Assembly: GCA_010909165.1 (NCBI GenBank)
Contig: MU008154.1
Coordinates: 248,001 to 312,000, forward strand
DNA length: 64,000 nt
Direction: 5' to 3'
DNA from: Anthoceros angustus
Taxonomy: Eukaryota > Plantae > Anthocerotophyta
In this document: positions 24,826-36,230 of the stretch, in pieces
How the letters are laid out: each line of letters starts with the position of its first letter
Numbering within the stretch: position 1 is the first letter of the stretch
Made by a program: the position numbers and the translations under genes
Notes under the pieces: model-generated
What the model was told of the DNA's origin: nothing
Seen by the model: only the letters and a program-made list of their open reading frames with translations
The model's database searches: none

Positions 24826-27081
24826 ATGGCATTCCTTGGCATCGTCCTCCCTGGGTCACTGTTTGATGGGTCTAATTCTGCCTTGATTCTTACAGTTGCC
24901 TCCATTGCTGTGGCGTTGTTAGCCATTTGGAAGAGCTATGAAGGGAAGAAGCTGCCTCTCCCTCCAGGACCTTTCAACTGGCCTGTGGTGGGCAGCATGT
25001 TTCTCATAGGATCGGACCCTCTTCTCGGTTTCTCGAAGCTTGCTGAACGGTACGGGCCATTGATGTACATGAGGCTCGGATCACGCTCCACACTCGTGGT
25101 CTCCAATGTGGAGGTACTCTCTCGTTGTGGATAAGTTGTTTGCGGACTATAGACGGTTCTTTCATCAATCTTCCATGCTCAATTCCGGTCTGGGTCTCTA
25201 ACTGGCTGGCCGCCGTTTGTTGAAACAAACTGTTTGCTTCGACTGTGCTACCAGATGGCAAAGGAAATCTTAACGGTACACGATGCCGCCTTCGCCTCCC
25301 GTCCGTACATGATGCTTGGCGAGTATCTTGACTTTGGCAAGAGCCTCAGCTTCTCGCCCACCACAGACCAATCCAAGTTGTGGCGAAAGATTATGAACAC
25401 TGAGCTCCTGGGTGCCCCTCGGATGAAAGATTCCAGGCATATTAGAGAAGAGGAAGCAGCTGTCATGGTAAACTCGGTCTGGCGTTCGCACGAGTCCGGT
25501 GAGCCTGTAGTCCAACCTGGAACCCATGGATGTTTGACTGATAAGGAGCACTACTATTTTAGAGCATAAATGTTCCAACTTGCAAGCATGTTGTTGAAGG
25601 TATAGCCTGCGATGTCTAACAGGGATCGGACTGGATATGCTCCGACTACTGCATGAATTCACCATGAACAGCATGTTCCGACTGATTTATGGCAAACAGT
25701 ACTTCAAGGCCGACGGGGAGGTTGTCGAGGAACTCCAGTTCTATCACGAGAAGATTATACTGGGATTTGGGGCCGTAGCTAGCAAGTTCAACATCGCAGA
25801 AGTGATACCCTCCCTGAGGTGAGGTGATACCTGCTCGTGTTTGTAGCCAGTTCATCGATGTTCATTTTCACAGTATGGTGTTCAAACTGCAACTGACTGA
25901 GCTGTGATCTATCAGGTGGCTGGATTTGCAAGGACTAGAGAAGCAATGCAAGCAACTTGGGGAAGACCTGAAGCATGTGATGCCACCTCTCCTTGTGGAG
26001 CGTAGAAAGAAGCTTCAGGAGGGGACACGTATCCGGGAGTGCTTTCTGGATGTGTTGTTGTCTCAGGAAGGGGAAAGGAAATTCTCAGACGACGAGATGC
26101 TGGGCTTGTGTTCGGTAAGATGCAGAGAATGTCCAGCAACTCTGCTAGCTAGCTACAGAAACTACGCACAGCTATTGCTATGTTGTGGAGGGGCCTCACC
26201 TCGCTGGTACTCTGTACCAGGATCTGTTGGGTGCTGGGACAGACACTTCAGCCAAGGCAGGCCAATGGACCATGGCGTACCTCGTTCGCTACCCTCATAT
26301 GCAGGCCAAAGCTCATGAAGAGCTCGACAGAGTGGTGGGCAAAGCAAGGCGAGTGTCCGAGACTGACATCCCAAACCTGCCATATATACAGGTGAGATTG
26401 CTTAGCCAAGTGGAGCTGACTTCCGGCACTATAATCAACCTGCGTTTTGCTGGCCAGAGGAAATGTTCAATTTTAAAAGAAACAAGCGTACTTGTTGCTA
26501 CAGGCCGTTGTGAAGGAAGCTCAGAGACTGCGGCCTGTTGCACCTCTAGGAGTGCCTCACCACAGTGTACAAGAACTTGTGGTGGCAGGCTACAGAGTAC
26601 CTGCCAACACCCAACTCTTCATAAACTTGATGCCTTTGATGTTGGACGAACTCTACTGGGAGAAGCCCTTGGAGTTCAGGCCGGAAAGGTTTCTGGAACA
26701 AGACATAAGCGCATTCGGCAATGACTTCCGGTTTCTTCCTTTCGGAGCTGGACGACGAGGGTCCGTGGTGCTCCCTCCCTTACTGCCTGTCCCCACTGCG
26801 TTTCAAGGCAAACTAGCGGCAATCCCCTTACATGCATGCATATGTTGATCATTCAAACCTTGGAATTTTTGTGCTGCTGCAGGTGCCCTGGAGCTGTGCT
26901 GGCCATGACCGCCGTGACTCTCAGTGTGGCAACGTTGCTGCATGCCTTCCATTGGAGCCTTCCTGATGGCCAACTTGTAGAGGAGATGGACTTCACCCCG
27001 ACTTTTGCGCTCAGTGCACACATGAAAAAGCCACTTGTTGCAGTTCCCACTCCCAGACTTCCTGCCAACGTGTACTTGTAA
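24826..27081 (+). CDS. Cytochrome P450 paralog, 517 aa; exons 24826-25113, 25255-25498, 25623-25818, 25916-26114, 26221-26391, 26504-26760, 26883-27081
   Basis: Exon lengths identical to the first copy; AGTDTS, KEAQR, RPERF, FGAGRRGCPG. Confidence 0.93.
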
Positions 27082-27287
27082 CATACCCACTACTCAATAC
27101 GTATGTGTAGGTATGTTGTGAACGCATGCTTATCCTTCAGACTCGTGCATCAGGAGGAGGGTAGGCAAAGAATATGATCAAAAAAGCTTGTTTGAAGGTG
27201 TGTTGTGAACGCATGCTTATCCTTTAGACCCATGTGCATCAGGAGGAGGATAATCAAAGAACATGATCAACAAAGCTTTGTTGAAAA

Positions 27288-27790
27288 GTTGCTGAAGGCA
27301 GTTGCAAAAGAATGCCAACGACCGCTAGTTGCGCCGCACACGAGTGGCAGAGGAAGCGGAGGTTGCTGGCTACAGAGTGCCGAATGCTGATCGAATCTCA
27401 GTGAGAGAAAGCCTTGGAATTCAGGAAGGAAAGATTTCTCAAACAAGACATCAGCGCTTTCTGACAACATCTCCGCTTCCTTCGTTTCTCGACTGGACGA
27501 CGAGAGTCCCTGCTCCTTCCGTCCCATTTGTGTTAAATTGCAATAATACTAGCTGGCAATCCTCACGTCGGATCATCCGGATTGTGCTGCATATGCCCTG
27601 GAGCGCTGGTTGGGATGACCATGGCGACACTGAGTCTGGCAACCTTTCTGTATGCCTTCCAGCTGGAAGCTTCCTGACGGCCAAACAGTGGAGGACATGG
27701 GCATGACTCCGACTGTTGGCTTGATTGCCGTATGAGAGCACTGCTTGACGTAGTCGCCGTGCTCGGACTCCCTGTGAACCTGCACAAGAC
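27288..27790 (+). pseudogene. P450 pseudogene fragment, exons 6-7 only
   Basis: GTTGCTGAAG|GCAGTTGCAAAAGAATGCCAACGA (AVAKECQR vs AVVKEAQR), degenerate GYRVP, GRR and CPG segments. Confidence 0.85.
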
Positions 27791-28093
27791 TTAGGTCTAG
27801 AAAGATCACTCAGCAAGCCAGATCATCGTTTTTTATTACGTACAAGATTTGCCTGAAGAACATGTCCATCAATCTTAGACTCATGATGTATTCACAGAGC
27901 TGGGGCTGTGTGAATCCGTTGTCCTCCTGTGGATCATGGCTGCCTGCAGCGTTGCACTCGATGCATCCAGAGGGCGACAGAACTTACCTGACCTCAGGGA
28001 GTCAAGCGTTGCCAAACCAGGAAGCCCCGAGGTCCAGCAGGAAACCAGGAAGCCCCGAGGTCCAGCAGCAAAACCCAGCTCCTCCGACAGTAT

Positions 28094-31000
28094 GTGGCGG
28101 AGCAGGTGGTCCACAGCAGGGCATATTGGGGTGGCAGTTTATTGCCGGATGACATTGTGCCTCGCAGGTCTGCAGGTGCAGGGTATGAGATGGGCGGAAT
28201 GGTAGAAACTGTGAGGAAACTCTGTCAGCAGGGGCTGCTCAGTGAGGCTGTTCAGGCTCTGGGAGTCCTAGTGCAGGCAGAATGTCGGATTTCCAAAACT
28301 GTCTTTTCTTCTGTCCTTGGAAAGTGTGTGGGGAAGAAGGATGTGGGTTTGGGGCGCCGTGTTCATGCTCTTATCGTGAAAAGGGGTTATGAATCGGACT
28401 CGTTCTTGTGCAACCACATCGTGCGAATGTATGCTTTTCATGGAATGTTGCAAGAAGCGATGGATGTGTTCACCACGGCTGCTGTGCCAGATGCCTTTAT
28501 GTGGTCTGCCATAATCTCTGGACATGTCAAACACGGTCAAGCTAAAGGGGCCATAGAACTCTATCGTGAGATGCGGAGGTCAAGAGTGAAGCCAGATGGG
28601 TATGTGTTTGTAGCAGCACTGCAAGCTTGTGCAAAGGGAGCAGACCTGAAAAGTGGGCAGCAGGTGCATGCTGATTTGCTGGGTAGTGGGGTTCAGCTTG
28701 ATTTGTTTGTCTGTAATGCCTTGGTGGACATGTATGCCAAGTGTGGCAGCTTGGAAGAGGCACAGAGAGTGTTTGATGGACTTCAGCAGAAGGATGTTGT
28801 GACGTGGACTTCTCTGATAGTAGGTTATTCCCAGCACGCCAAGGGCGAGAAAGCCCTCCATCTTTACAGTGCTATGCAGCAAGAAGGCATGACTGCACCC
28901 AATATTGTGACGTTTTTGTCCCTCCTGCATGCATGTGCAAGTCTGGGTACCTCGGCTCTGGAGAAGGGGAAGCAGCTTCATGCTCAGATAAGAGAGAGAG
29001 GACTTGAAGCAGATGTGACTGTCAGCAATAATTTGATAAACATGTATGCAAAGTGTGGCAGCCTGGAGGACGCCCAGAGCGTGTTTGACAAACTTCCTCA
29101 GAAGAATGTGGTGACGTGGACTGGTCTGATTGCAGGATATTCCCAGCAGGGAATGGGGAAGGAAGGCCTTCGTCTCTACAGTGCAATGCAAGAAGGTGGT
29201 CTCATGCCCAATCCTGTAACTTTTGTGTCCCTCCTGCAGGCATGTGCAAGTCTTGGTGCCCAGGCTTTGGAGAAGGGGAAGCAGCTCCATGCACAGATTG
29301 GAGAGGAAGGACTTCAAGCTGATGTGGTTGTAGGTTCCAGCCTGGTGAACATGTATGCCAAGTGTGGCAGCTTGCAGGATGCTCGCGATGTGTTTGACGG
29401 GCTTTGTCAAAAGGATGTGGTGACGTGGAATGGCATGATAGCAGGATATTCACAGCAAGGCATGGGACAGGAAGCGCTTCATCTCTACAGTGCTATGCAA
29501 CAAGAGGGTATAGTGGCACCCAATGCCTCAACGTTTGTGTGCCTCCTACAGGCATGTGCCAGTCTCGGGGCCCCTGCTTTGGAGAAGGGAAAGCAACTTC
29601 ATGCACAGATGAGAGAACAAGGGGTCAAGGCTGATATAGTCGTAGGCTGCAGCCTGGTAAATATGTATGCAAAGTGTGGCAGCTTGGAAGATGCTAAAAG
29701 AGTCTTTGACAGACTCGGTCACAAGGATGTGGTGACATGGAATGCCATGATAGCAGGATATTCGCAGCAGGGGTTGTGCCAGCAAGCCCTCAGTCTTTAT
29801 AGTGCAATGCAACAACAAGGTAATGTTGCACCCAGTTATGTTACATTTGTGTGCCTCCTGCAGGCATGCGCGAGTGTGGGTACCTCTGCTCTGGAGCAAG
29901 GGAAGCAGCTTCATGCACACATTCGGGGGCGAGGACTTCAAGCTCATTTGGCTGTGGGCAACAACTTGATAAACATGTATGCAAAGTGTGGCAGCTTAGA
30001 GGATGGCCAGAGCGTGTTTGACGAACTTCCTCAGAAGAACGTGGTGACGTGGACCGCTCTGATAGCAGGATATTCCCAACACGGGCTGGGTCAGGAAGCC
30101 CTCCATCTGTACAGTGCTATGCAGGAAGTGGGTATTGCGGCACCCAATGCTGTGACGTTTGTGTGCCTCCTGCAAGCATGTGCTAGTGTGGGTAACCAGG
30201 CGCTGGAGACAGGGAAGCAGCTCCATGCACAGATTGGAGAACAAGGGCTCCAAGCTGACGTGGTTGTGGGCTGCAGCCTGGTAAATATGTATGCAAAGTG
30301 TGGCAGCATACAGGATGCTCAGAGCGTGTTTGACAAACTTGGTGAAAAGGATGTGGTGACATGGAATGCCATGATTGCAGGATATTCCCAGCAAGGCATG
30401 GGTCAGGAAGCCCTTGGTGTGTACAGTGCCATGCAACAACAAGGCATAGATCCACCTGATGCTGTCACATTCGTGTGCCTCCTCCAAGCATGTGCAGGTG
30501 TAGGAGATCTCCATGTGGGAGCGCGGCTTCACGCACAAGTCGAAGAACAAAAGCTCCAAACCGATCTGACTGTGGGCAACAGTCTGATAAACATGTATGC
30601 AAAGTTCGGGTACATGGTTGATGCACAAAAGGTGTTCGACGCAATGCCCGAAAGAGACGTCGTCACCTGGAACGCCCTGATTGCAGGATACACCCGTCAG
30701 GGAGACAGTGAGCTCGTCTTCGACTTGGTGCACAGCATGAGAGGGGATGGCATCCAGCCCAACGGCATCACATTCCTCAGCATATTAACAGCCTGCAGCC
30801 ACGCAGGCCTGGTGCCCACGGGACACGAGTACTTCGAGGCAATGCGCAGAGACTTCGGCATCACCCCAACCGTGGAGCACTACTCATGCATGGTGGATCT
30901 CCTGGGTCGTGCAGGCCAACTGGAGGAGGCACTGTCGGTGGTGAGGACAATGCCTCTCGAGCCCCACGACGCAGTCTGGCACTCTCTGTTGGGTGCCTGT

Positions 31001-31276
31001 CAAAAGTGGAGCAACGTGGACATGGGACGCCTTGCCTTCGACAAAGCACTCAAGCTAGACGAGAAAGACGCTGCAGCCTATGTCCTGATGGCCAACATAT
31101 ACACAGGTGCCCAGATGTGGGAGGAGGCCCAGCAGATACAGGTGAGGAGAAGGGCTGTCGGGGCAAGGAAGCCCCCAGGCCAGAGCTGGTGGACAGACGT
31201 GGACGGACTGGTGCATAGCTTTTCAGTCGGCGATACAAAGCATCCAGATAACGAAGGCATCTACGCAAGGCTGTGA
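28094..31276 (+). CDS. PLS-class PPR protein (27 motifs: 8 PLS triplets + P2L2S2, E1, E2, PGQSWW box), DYW domain truncated; first in-frame ATG at 28190
   Basis: Repeating VVTWN/TFVCLLQAC/NMYAKCGS motifs; ...EHYSCMVDLLGRAG, AVWHSLLGAC, AAYVLMANIY, PGQSWW; stop after IYARL. Confidence 0.93.
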   Translation: MAEQVVHSRAYWGGSLLPDDIVPRRSAGAGYEMGGMVETVRKLCQQGLLSEAVQALGVLVQAECRISKTVFSSVLGKCVGKKDVGLGRRVHALIVKRGYESDSFLCNHIVRMYAFHGMLQEAMDVFTTAAVPDAFMWSAIISGHVKHGQAKGAIELYREMRRSRVKPDGYVFVAALQACAKGADLKSGQQVHADLLGSGVQLDLFVCNALVDMYAKCGSLEEAQRVFDGLQQKDVVTWTSLIVGYSQHAKGEKALHLYSAMQQEGMTAPNIVTFLSLLHACASLGTSALEKGKQLHAQIRERGLEADVTVSNNLINMYAKCGSLEDAQSVFDKLPQKNVVTWTGLIAGYSQQGMGKEGLRLYSAMQEGGLMPNPVTFVSLLQACASLGAQALEKGKQLHAQIGEEGLQADVVVGSSLVNMYAKCGSLQDARDVFDGLCQKDVVTWNGMIAGYSQQGMGQEALHLYSAMQQEGIVAPNASTFVCLLQACASLGAPALEKGKQLHAQMREQGVKADIVVGCSLVNMYAKCGSLEDAKRVFDRLGHKDVVTWNAMIAGYSQQGLCQQALSLYSAMQQQGNVAPSYVTFVCLLQACASVGTSALEQGKQLHAHIRGRGLQAHLAVGNNLINMYAKCGSLEDGQSVFDELPQKNVVTWTALIAGYSQHGLGQEALHLYSAMQEVGIAAPNAVTFVCLLQACASVGNQALETGKQLHAQIGEQGLQADVVVGCSLVNMYAKCGSIQDAQSVFDKLGEKDVVTWNAMIAGYSQQGMGQEALGVYSAMQQQGIDPPDAVTFVCLLQACAGVGDLHVGARLHAQVEEQKLQTDLTVGNSLINMYAKFGYMVDAQKVFDAMPERDVVTWNALIAGYTRQGDSELVFDLVHSMRGDGIQPNGITFLSILTACSHAGLVPTGHEYFEAMRRDFGITPTVEHYSCMVDLLGRAGQLEEALSVVRTMPLEPHDAVWHSLLGACQKWSNVDMGRLAFDKALKLDEKDAAAYVLMANIYTGAQMWEEAQQIQVRRRAVGARKPPGQSWWTDVDGLVHSFSVGDTKHPDNEGIYARL

Positions 31277-31793
31277 GAACTGGTTCCCCAGAAGAGGAAC
31301 GAAGGCTATGTCCCACGGTCATCTACTTGACCCCAGCACATGTCAGGATTGTGAAACGGGCCTGATCATTCATAAATCAGCGCTGGTTTCCCGGCAGCTT
31401 GGTGCATCAATTGCTGCACCAGTAGTGAGAGTAAAGTGTCAAAGATGCCTTCAAGCCAAAGCAATGGCTGGCATGCGGCCTGATGACGTGCCACTCTCTC
31501 CGCCGGAGGAAGGGAATGGCACGTCCGGACCGCTCCACCTTCTCTGCCATCGGTAAGCTCTGCCATCCGGCCTTCGTGCTGCTCCGAGCTTCGAGATGGC
31601 GAGCTGCACATCCCACTCCGTTGGGGTCTAGGGTATCTATCTCGAAGCTCCATGTTGGAAGAGAAGGGTGGATTTTGGCTCAACTCCGCATCGGACATGT
31701 GACATACAGGTTGTGGAGGAAGGGCGGATTTTAATCTGCCTCACTTGTTCTTGCTCGAGGTTGGAGAAGGGCGGACTGTTGGATTGTTGACGG

Positions 31794-32198
31794 ATGGGTG
31801 TACCAGGCGATAAGGAGCAGGCGAGGGGAGGCCGCGGATGGGCCTTGGCCGGGGCTGCCGGGGCCTGCGCTGCCCTAGCTGCGGTCGCGGCCAAGTTCGC
31901 GTCGCCGCAGATTGGCTGGGACCGGCGCCTGCTGTGCTACGCAGGTGTGGTGGCGCTGAATGCAGCCATGTGGAGCTTCTACTCCTCCAGCATCACGCTC
32001 TTGTCGTCGGTGCAGGCCACAGTGGTCAGTTTTGGTGCCAACTTCCTTCTCTCGGGCGTCGCGGGCGTCGTCCTGTTCGGGGAGCCTGCACGGCCGCAGT
32101 GGTTCATGGGGGCGTCCCTTATTGTGCTTGGGATTCTGGCTCTGAGCAAGGGGAACAGGGATCCGGGGCAGAAGCCTGACAAGGTCAAGCCACTCTGA
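31794..32198 (+). CDS. TMEM42-like small membrane protein (EamA/DMT-related), 134 aa, intronless
   Basis: Four hydrophobic segments; AALAAVAAK, NAAMW, ATVVSFGANFLLSG, LFGEP...WFMGASLI pattern. Confidence 0.75.
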   Translation: MGVPGDKEQARGGRGWALAGAAGACAALAAVAAKFASPQIGWDRRLLCYAGVVALNAAMWSFYSSSITLLSSVQATVVSFGANFLLSGVAGVVLFGEPARPQWFMGASLIVLGILALSKGNRDPGQKPDKVKPL

Positions 32199-32724
32199 GG
32201 GCCAAGTGTGGGATGAGAGTGCGGGTTTCACACCACCGGTTGAGGTGGGAAGGGAGGGATTTGGTGTGGAAGGCACACACACTGAAGTTGTGCTAAGTAG
32301 GTGTGCTACAGACTCACAGTAGTTGCGTCTGAGACCACTCCCGTGGCGGAGCGGGTATGGGAGCATGTCTCTGAGGATGATCGTCCCAGGGTGTACGAAC
32401 TTGTATTGAATTCTGTGGATTTGTTACGCTCGGACGCGATTTGCGTAACGCCGTTATCTATGTTCCATTGCTGTGCCACGGGTGGCATGAGAAGTTCCCG
32501 TTTTCTTCTGGTGCACCAAGAAAAGGACGGCAGCAACCGCCTGCCCTATCAACTACCAGCTCGTCGATGCCCTCTTCTGTTATGGTTTGAGCTGCATGGC
32601 CACGGGAAGGATGTGCTGTTTGAGCTGCAGGCTTCTGCGATGCTACTCACTCTCAGTTGAGGGTTTTGGAGCATTTCCCTCGTTGCATTCGGTGGTCTTC
32701 CCTTGTGGTGAAATCGGTCATCTA

Positions 32725-34453
32725 ATGGCAGGGCCGTGCCGTGACATCGTGGGCCTACTGTTGGTGACTGGGTTTATGCTCTTGGCTGCAGTTGAGGCTT
32801 CGTATCATGCATCTCGGTTCGTGCAAGGGCAGCATGCTTCTACCACTGGACAGGAAGGAGTAGATTTTCAGCCTAGTCTCGGAAGGGGGGTTGAGACGCA
32901 CGTCCAACTGGTATTGGACCCGAGAGGAGAGCTCAAGAGGCCAAGCACCCATCAGCTTTTGCTTTCTAGAGCGTTCAATAATCCAACCAGCAGGAGAGCT
33001 CAGAGCCAGATTCCGGACTCTGATGCAGGCAGGAAGGAGGCATTGTCCGTCAGAGTCAATCTGATACACAGAGATGCAACAGAGTCTCCTTTGAGGCGTG
33101 TAGGTGCCACGCTTGCGGAGAGAATGAAGGCGGCAGTTGACAGAAGCCGCATGCGGGAGCAGATAATGATGGGCAACATGATGCAAGGTCATCAGGTATG
33201 GTTCAACTTCATGCATGAAATTCCACCGTCCCCTTCTGGATTTCGGTATGGTTGGCGAAGTGGAAGGCCCACCTGCCTATAACCATGTTGGTTGCAAGCG
33301 TGATGCAGAGTCATCGGAATCATCAACAGGCGTCGTTGCATCTAGCACCAGCAACAGCTCAGTTGAGTTCCCCATCTCATCAGGCACAGGGGAATACCTC
33401 ATGCCATTCTCCATTGGGACCCCAGAGCAGAGCTTCACAACTATCCTTGACACGGGCAGCGACCTTGTCTGGCTGCAATGCAAGCCGTGCTTCCACTGCC
33501 TCAGGCAGCACGGCCCTTACTTCGACCCTCCCTTGTCCAAAACCTTCAAGCGTCTTAACTGCTTCAGCTCCTTCTGTCAAGCACTCCCCAGAAAACAATG
33601 TGCATTTGGAATCTGCGTCTACACCTATGAGTATGGCGATCAGTCCTCCACCGCAGGAGACTTCGTCACCGAAACATTGACACTGCCCTCGACATCTGGA
33701 GGCAGCTTACAGGTCCCATCTTTCGGGCTTGGATGTGGCCACAACAACCATGGATCCTTTTCTGGGGCCGCAGGCCTGGTGGGGTTAGGGCAGGGACGCC
33801 TGTCGTTCTCCTCCCAGCTGAGCTCCGTTCTCACCAACAAATTCTCCTACTGCCTGGTGGGCATCGACGACGCAGACACCGTCACCAGCCCCATGTTCTT
33901 CGGTGACGCTGCAGTGCCCAACGCTGAAGGAGTGAAATACACTCCTATTCTTCCTAACAAGTTCCATCCAACGTACTACTACGTAGGCCTCACAGGAATC
34001 AGTGTAGGAGGGCGGAGGCTAGACGGAATTCCCAACTCCACCTTCGATCTGGATGCAGATGGGCGTGGGGGTATGGTGTTCGACTCTGGCACCACACTCA
34101 CCATGCTTCCCCGAGCTGCTTACCTCCCTGTGGTTGAAGCTTTTGAGGCCGGGATGGAGGGCATCCCCAGAGTAGACGGCTTGTTCACCGGCCTTGATCT
34201 CTGCTACGACGTCTCTGCACTGGATAGTGTGGATGTCCCCACGTTCACCTTCCATTTCCAGGCTGCGGACTTCGATGTGCCTGCCGGCAACACCTTCATC
34301 ATGGTGGACCAGAATGGAACCCTCTGTCTGGCCCTGCAGATGTCCTCAGTTCTTGCCATCTTTGGGAACATCCAGCAGCAGAACTTCCAAGTCGTGTATG
34401 ACCGGGTGAACAGCCGCATTGGCTTCGTTCCCGCTGCGTGCAAGGAACTCTAG
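32725..34453 (+). CDS. Secreted A1-family (nepenthesin-like) aspartic protease, ~541 aa; exons 32725-33195, 33299-34453
   Basis: Signal peptide, LIHRD pro-region motif, GEYLM..IGTP, catalytic DTGS and DSGT, GNIQQQN, conserved Cys pattern. Confidence 0.92.
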
Positions 34454-35169
34454 AAAGCTGGCACCGACAAGTCATCCAGCCACTACTTGACTTCGGTTAT
34501 CACAGTACATAAATGGTCTCAACTGTTACAGGTGGCCGTGGCTGTTGTCATGTTCGACCGTGGCCGTTTCGAGGTCATATTCCTGTTCGCTCCCGTTCGC
34601 CGTGCCGATATTTTGTAACGGGGTTTAAAGCGGCTCACAAAGACCATGCCGATGTGGCACCCGGTTACCAAACAACCAAGTACGTGTTTTGATCTACCAC
34701 TAAAAATAAATTTGGTGGTTTTGGCGGACTCGAGCAAAAAAATAGGCAAGTGGCATTCATTAGGTTTTGTCGTCTGCACGACAATGAAGGGTTTTGTAAT
34801 ACATGGAGGCCAATAGCGAGCGCCGCACAATCAAACAGGATGCAACAAGCATATGATATGAGCCCACAGTCCCATTGCTGAGAAAATCATAGGTGAACTC
34901 AACTATCACATAGGGGGCTCTCAACTATCGTCATGGGGCTCTCAAATGCTTTTTAGCCTCCAGCGCGTCCTGGTGTGCTCTTACAAAGTCTAAAACAGTC
35001 TTAGGTCTCCTTTTGAAGAAACCTGTGAAAAGGTGGTCTTAGAATTGCTTATCTAACTTTCGAGCTTCTTCTTCTTGTGTAGGAGAGGAGCAGCTTTGAG
35101 CCATTGCACATGAGGATGTCAAAACGCGAGTGACGAGAGAGGAGTGGAAGGAAAGACTCCCGGACGAGG

Positions 35170-35440
35170 GTGAATACAAGGACGTGTACGAGTGATGAAA
35201 TGGTGGTTAATCTCTATGTGCTTAGTCCGGGCGTGGAGTTCTGCGTCATGGAGATGGCCGATTGGTTGCCGCAGTGTAGGACGGTAGGGCTGACTTGAGG
35301 CTGATCAAGGTTGGAGAGAAATTGTTACAACCATATGATTTCCTTAGCTACCCGGGAAGTAGCTGCATACTCTGCTTCGGTGGAGGAGAGGCACACAGTC
35401 AGGAGTTTCTTGGATGCCCATGATACAACTATGCCGTTGA
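35170..35440 (-). mobile_element. Degenerate Copia RNase H fragment
   Basis: Minus strand STEAEYAATSRVAKE..., CGNQSAISMTQN...TKHIEINHHF. Confidence 0.75.
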
Positions 35441-35679
35441 GGAGCATGCTATTAATAGGCGGCGATGGATTTTCGGGCATCCGGTCCCCCCTTGTCGCCA
35501 GCGGTGCGAGCGAGCTTGGTCGGCGGCACCTCCTCCAAAGACAAGTTAATGATCATCAAGTCCCACAAGTAGAAACAGAAGCACTTCCTCATAACCATCA
35601 AGGTCCCATTCCACACCTTGACCCAATCCTACCTTAGCAAGCTTCTGAATCCGATAGACATAGATGTACACGAATACGC

Positions 35680-36011
35680 AAACCTTCAACCTGGCTAGAT
35701 GACTGCCTGGCCACTTCAAATTCCAACATTGACAAACCTTCATCAGACCTTGTCCATACATATCAGTCTCTAGCCACTTCTTTGACAGAATCTATCTCCA
35801 GACCTCAATCCTACAAGGAGGCACTCAGCTCTCCACAAGCTGCAGAATGGCAAGTCGGAGCTTCTGCCAGGTTGCAGGCTATGACTACCAAGAGAACAAC
35901 CTTTACAGCACGGTGGTCAAATCCACATCCATTGCGCTCTATGTGGATGGCGACTTTCTATTTGGCAATAACACCAGACTCATCGACAAGGTGAAAGGCA
36001 TGCGCAACGAG
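35680..36011 (+). mobile_element. Heavily deleted older Copia RT fragments; target of the younger Copia insertion
   Basis: RPQSYKEALSSPQAAEW, GYDYQE...STVVK, ALYVDG...LIDKVK segments. Confidence 0.65.
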
Positions 36012-36016
36012 GAGGA

Positions 36017-36230
36017 TGTAGCGGTCCAGGATGGTTCAGGATCCACACAGATGTAATTCAGATTAAACAGATTGGTGAGCAGGTGTGCTCAATACATTGG
36101 GGCTGTGCCCAAGCGTTGCGTGTGAGTAACCGTGTCAATGTCGGTTTGCTAGAATGCCTATTCGATATCTGGCTTATTGTATGTAAATACGAACCGTGCC
36201 CTAAGGGCTAGTGTGCTACATAACTTAACA
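36017..36230 (-). repeat. 3' LTR (214 bp)
   Basis: 9 substitutions and one 3-bp indel relative to 43832-44048; purine tract TAAGTAGGAG adjacent on the minus strand. Confidence 0.96.

Noticed and set aside
28268-30733. Long minus-strand ORFs
   Set aside because: Antisense shadows of the repetitive PPR CDS.
31483-31734. ISKLHVGRE as a displaced DYW C-terminal piece
   Set aside because: The similarity is too short and the surrounding residues do not fit the HxE/CxxC/DYW pattern.
32301-32660. 119-aa ORF upstream of the aspartic protease
   Set aside because: No recognisable motif or splice support; probably promoter/UTR sequence.
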